Source: an uncultured Acidobacteriota bacterium
Lineage (GTDB): Bacteria; Acidobacteriota; Vicinamibacteria; Vicinamibacterales; CAVPJW01
NCBI GenBank assembly: GCA_963817395.1
Contig: CAWFOC010000008.1
Location: forward strand, 26,389 to 90,388
Length of the DNA: 64,000 nucleotides
Direction: 5' to 3'
Both the position numbers and the translations under genes were made by a program. Numbering within the stretch: the first letter of the stretch is position 1; each line of letters starts with the position of its first letter. Below are positions 60,643-64,000 of the stretch, one piece after another. Below the pieces are notes generated by a model, which worked only from the letters and a program-made list of their open reading frames with translations, searched no databases and was not told where the DNA came from.

Positions 60643-62376
60643 GTGACCGTTCGCCGAATCCCGGCTCGCGTCATCGTGACTGCTGCCGCGGTCGCTGCCG
60701 CGATTTCACTGGCGGCCTGCAACACGCCGCCGGACACGGCAGCTCAACCCTCGAGCGCCGCCGACACGGTGTTCGTCAACGGCAAGATCGCGACCGTGGA
60801 CGCGACCTTTTCGCTGGCGGAAGCCGCAGCGGTACGGGACGGCAAGTTCGTCCTCGTCGGATCGAGCGACGCCGTTCGCCAGCTCGCCGGGGACTCGACG
60901 CGAATCATCGACCTTGGCGGGCGCCTGGTGGTGCCAGGTCTGGCCGACGGGCACTTCCACAGCGCGGGGGGCGGCCCGGGCGTGGACCTCTCGCGCGCTC
61001 GAACCTTCGACGAGGTCATCACGGCGATTCGTGAACGTGTGGAACGGGCGGGACCCGACGAGGTGGTCGTCACCAACAGCGACTGGCACGAGGCGCAGCT
61101 CAAAGAGCAGCGTCTGCCGTATCGCCGGGATCTCGATGCGATCGCACCGCGCACTCCCGTCGTGGTCGTGCGCGGCGGGCACGAGTACATCCTCAATTCC
61201 GTCGCACTTCGAAAGTGGAACATCACCACAGCGACCAAGGAGCCGCCGGGAGGTCAGATCAGCCGCTACCCGGACGGGCAGCTGAACGGCGAGCTCCTCG
61301 ATGCGGCGAAGAGCTACGTCAAGCTGCCGCCCCCGCCCGAACGGTCGATCGACCAGCGCATCGAGGCCATGGTGTCCGACTTCAAGAAGCTTCACGCGGC
61401 GGGACTCACCAGCGTGCGTGTGGCAGGGACGTCGGTGGAGCAGTACCGCTTGTTCGAGGAGATGAAGCGCCGGGGTGTGCTCTCGATGCGCGTCAGCGTG
61501 CTGCTGCGGCCCGACCGTACAGCGGAGGCAGCCGCGGTTGAAACCGCCGTCAAGGGGTGGGGGCTCGAATCGGGCGCCGGTGACGAGTGGCTGCGGGTGG
61601 ACGGCATCAAGCTCGGCGTCGACGGCGGCTTCGAGGGAGGCTGGATGCGTGAACCGTACGAGGAGCCGTACGGGCGTCGAGGCGCGTATCGAGGCATTCA
61701 AACGATGCCATCCGACCGGTACACGGAAACCGTGAAGATGCTCAACCGCCTGGGCTGGCGAGTGTCCACACACGCGGTGGGCGATGCCGCGATCGACCTC
61801 GTTCTAGCCGCCTACGAAGAGGCGAACGCGGAGCGCCCGCTCGCCGGGCGGCGATGGGTGCTCGAGCACGGCTTCATCCCGCAAGCCGATCAGCTGCCGC
61901 GCATGAAGCAGCTCGGTCTCGTCGTCTCGGCTCAGAACCACCTCTATCTTGCCGGACCTTCGCTGGTGCGCTACTGGGGCGCCCAACGTGCCGGATGGAC
62001 GACGCCGGTCCGGGCGTATCTGGATGCCGGCCTCGTCGTCGCCGCGGGAACGGACACGCCGGTCGTGCCGTATCCGCCGCTCTGGACGATCTATCACTTC
62101 GTGACGCGCGGGACGATCTCGGGAGGGCCGCTGGGCGTGGATCAGAGGATTCCGCGTGACGCGGCACTGCGTCTCAGCACCATCAACAACGCCTACCTCA
62201 CGTTCCAGGAGAAGACGCTCGGTTCGATCGAGCCTGGGAAATTCGCCGACCTGGTCGTGCTCTCCAACGACATCCTCACGTGCCCGGAGGATCAGATCGA
62301 GCACACGACGGCGCTCCTGACGATGGTGGGGGGCCGCGTCGTACATGAATCGGGCCCGCTCTCGACCAGTCATTGA
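60643..62376 (+). CDS. metal-dependent amidohydrolase (Amidohydro_3-like), lipoprotein
   Basis: Lipobox AAISLAAC, HxH metal motif PGLADGHFH, and a later motif VSTHAVGD...AAGTDTPV. 577 aa. Confidence 0.75.
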   Translation: MTVRRIPARVIVTAAAVAAAISLAACNTPPDTAAQPSSAADTVFVNGKIATVDATFSLAEAAAVRDGKFVLVGSSDAVRQLAGDSTRIIDLGGRLVVPGLADGHFHSAGGGPGVDLSRARTFDEVITAIRERVERAGPDEVVVTNSDWHEAQLKEQRLPYRRDLDAIAPRTPVVVVRGGHEYILNSVALRKWNITTATKEPPGGQISRYPDGQLNGELLDAAKSYVKLPPPPERSIDQRIEAMVSDFKKLHAAGLTSVRVAGTSVEQYRLFEEMKRRGVLSMRVSVLLRPDRTAEAAAVETAVKGWGLESGAGDEWLRVDGIKLGVDGGFEGGWMREPYEEPYGRRGAYRGIQTMPSDRYTETVKMLNRLGWRVSTHAVGDAAIDLVLAAYEEANAERPLAGRRWVLEHGFIPQADQLPRMKQLGLVVSAQNHLYLAGPSLVRYWGAQRAGWTTPVRAYLDAGLVVAAGTDTPVVPYPPLWTIYHFVTRGTISGGPLGVDQRIPRDAALRLSTINNAYLTFQEKTLGSIEPGKFADLVVLSNDILTCPEDQIEHTTALLTMVGGRVVHESGPLSTSH

Positions 62377-62404
62377 CCGAGGCGAGCCCGATTCGACCAG
62401 CGAT

Positions 62405-63583
62405 CTACGCGGCTGTCGAGTTCTTGGCGGGGAAGATCTCCTTGAACGCGACCAGGAATCGGTCCATCTCCTCGGCCGTGCCGACTGACACGCGCAAATG
62501 CTCGACCATCGGCGGGAATCGCCGGCCGACGGCGATGCCGCGCTTGCGGAACTCCTCGATCACGGGCGTGATCTCCCGGCCAACGTGGACCATGAAGAAG
62601 TTGGCCTCGGAGGGGATCACGTTGTAGCCGAGGCTGGTGAGCGCGGCCGAGGTCTTCTTGCGAAGCTCGATCGTGACGGCCTTCACCTTGGCCTGGTTCG
62701 CCGTGTCCTGCAGCGCGGCCACGCCGCCCCAGCGCACCAGCGCGTTGACGCTGCTGATGGAGTAGTTGCGCATGCGATCGATCAGGGGCTTCGGTGCGAC
62801 GGCATACCCCAGCCGCATCGCGGCCAGCGCGGCAATCTTCGAGAAGGTCCTCGCGATGATGACCTGGCGTCCTTCGAGGACATACGGCACCGACGTCGCG
62901 TAATTGGGATCCTCGACGAAGTGGTGATACGCCTCGTCGATGAGCACGGGAATGTCTTCGGGGATGCCATCGAGAAGCGCCTTGACGTCCTGCTTCGTCA
63001 CGACGACACCGGTCGGATTGTTCGGATTGACGAGGTAGACGAACCCGACGTCGCGGTAGTTGTCCTTCGTCGCCCGGATCATCGCGGGGATGTCCTGACG
63101 ATAGTCCGCCAGGAGCGGGAGGGCGACCACGTCGGCCTTGATGCCGCTGGCATGCGTATAGACCGAGCTGTAAGTCGGCTCGACGCCGACCACCTTCTTC
63201 CCGCCCTGCAGGAAGGTCAGCCCCGTCACCTCGAGGATTTCACCCGAGCCCGCGCCGAGCAGGACGTTCTCGGTCTTCACGCCGTGGTGATCCGCGATGG
63301 CCTGTGTAATCCCGCCATCCGGGTAGCCGTAGCGATTGGCGTACTTCCACGCGCCGTTCATCGCCTTCATCACCGATTCGGGAGGACCGTAAGGGTTCTC
63401 GTTCTGCGCCAGCTTGGCCATGGCGTCGTACTCGGCGAGCGACGGCCGGCGTGCCGCGCCGGCAGCCGGCGCACCCGCTATCTGCGCCCAGACACGTCCA
63501 TCCGGTCTGAGCCCGACGTAGCCAAGGGCAGCCGCCAGGCCCCCGAAGAAGCTCCGGCGCGATACGCTGTGCCTCAAATCCAT
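62405..63583 (-). CDS. class I/II aminotransferase (HisC-like) with a twin-arginine (Tat) signal peptide
   Basis: I chose the ATG at 63583 for its RBS (GGAGGAgccATG). N-terminus MDLRHSVSRRSFFGGLAAALG (Tat motif). Motifs NENPYGPP and the PLP-lysine region RTFSKIAALAAMRLGY. The upstream 112 aa of ORF 62405..63919 are Arg-rich and implausible. Confidence 0.75.
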   Translation of the reverse strand: MDLRHSVSRRSFFGGLAAALGYVGLRPDGRVWAQIAGAPAAGAARRPSLAEYDAMAKLAQNENPYGPPESVMKAMNGAWKYANRYGYPDGGITQAIADHHGVKTENVLLGAGSGEILEVTGLTFLQGGKKVVGVEPTYSSVYTHASGIKADVVALPLLADYRQDIPAMIRATKDNYRDVGFVYLVNPNNPTGVVVTKQDVKALLDGIPEDIPVLIDEAYHHFVEDPNYATSVPYVLEGRQVIIARTFSKIAALAAMRLGYAVAPKPLIDRMRNYSISSVNALVRWGGVAALQDTANQAKVKAVTIELRKKTSAALTSLGYNVIPSEANFFMVHVGREITPVIEEFRKRGIAVGRRFPPMVEHLRVSVGTAEEMDRFLVAFKEIFPAKNSTAA

Positions 63584-63669
63584 GGCTCCTCCAATCCAGT
63601 CCGCGTATTTTCCACACAGGCGCCGCCGCAGCAGGGGCGCCTGCGCCACGCGCACAGCACGGCCGAGCC

Positions 63670-63921
63670 TCAACGAACCTGCTGCAACTCGACGACGATG
63701 ACCTCGATCGGTCGATCGCTGTCGTTGACGTCGGCGTGGAGCTCGTTGGGCGGATCGGCGGTCAGCCAGTAGGCCTTGCCGGTCTCCCAGTTGACGGTCT
63801 GGGACTGTCCGGAATCCTTGACGATCTTGAGCTCCCCGCCGGTGAGGGCAATCACCGCGCGCGGGTGTTCGTGCCGGTGCATCGCCAGCGGCTGGCGGGG
63901 CTGGATGATCGACTTCCACAC
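63670..63921 (-). CDS. small cupin-domain protein (start uncertain)
   Basis: ORF from the GTG at 63921 (MWKSIIQPRQPLAMHRHEHPRAVIALTGGEL...). In the same frame, upstream, it reads ...VPQFENEHVRV, which matches the ENEYVRV strand of the cupin at 60028. No start codon precedes that stretch, and an in-frame TGA sits at 63997-63999. Confidence 0.45.
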   Translation of the reverse strand: MWKSIIQPRQPLAMHRHEHPRAVIALTGGELKIVKDSGQSQTVNWETGKAYWLTADPPNELHADVNDSDRPIEVIVVELQQVR

Positions 63922-64000
63922 GCGGACGTGCTCGTTCTCGAATTGAGGAACGCGCCGGGTCGTCGCAGCCTGCTGGCGCGCGTACCGAGGGGGTCGTCAG

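Noticed and set aside
1-64000. CRISPR arrays, tandem repeats, IS elements, prophage genes, toxin-antitoxin pairs
   Set aside because: I saw no regularly spaced direct repeats and no transposase, integrase, Cas or phage-structural signatures in any frame. This was a visual scan only, so short or degenerate repeats could have been missed.

Overview
High-GC (roughly 68-70%) chromosomal segment from a diderm bacterium. Gene content and codon bias would fit an Acidobacteriota- or Gemmatimonadota-like lineage, but the taxon cannot be proven from the sequence. I support about 53 protein genes, one tRNA and a few regulatory sites. There are no rRNA genes, CRISPR arrays, transposases or integrases.

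Gene order:
- 1-2220: acyl-CoA carboxylase genes (end of a carboxyltransferase, biotin carboxylase, BCCP).
- 2239-9999: outer-membrane biogenesis operon, tamB-like, bamA-like and a SurA-N-like chaperone, joined by TGATG stop/start junctions.
- 9978-19095, minus strand: tightly coupled envelope glycosylation cluster. It holds four GT4 glycosyltransferases, a zinc-ribbon SAM methyltransferase, a GT-C-like polytopic membrane protein and a CPBP protease, with a glycine-zipper lipoprotein at its head.
- 19121-23306: a near-consensus sigma-54 promoter precedes that lipoprotein. It faces a divergent NtrC-type activator, a sensor kinase and a second lipoprotein.
- 23684-36018: B12-dependent class II ribonucleotide reductase, then mixed metabolic genes (GNAT, phosphodiesterase, alpha/beta hydrolase, DUF547, SDR, APC permease, galT, galK).
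- 36069-39848: MrfA/MrfB-like helicase plus exonuclease pair.
- 39886-49145, minus strand: housekeeping block tRNA-Leu, tig, clpP, clpX, lon, engB, rho, an aldo/keto reductase, rpmE.
- 49245-51270: ECF sigma, anti-sigma and zinc-ribbon operon, divergent from a small membrane protein. Both sides carry an identical TGAAACAATC-N14-GTCTAAT promoter motif.
- 51267-56652: TAXI-type TRAP transporter, thrB, thrC.
- 56682-64000: cluster of predicted extracytoplasmic enzymes, including two PLP aminotransferase-fold proteins with twin-arginine signal peptides.

Cross-cutting observation: at least 18 reading-frame breaks interrupt 13 otherwise well-conserved genes, including engB, tig and tamB. The simplest explanation is consensus indel error. 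I therefore list these genes as single CDS spanning their fragments.

All family calls rest on motif recognition by eye. No database search was run.
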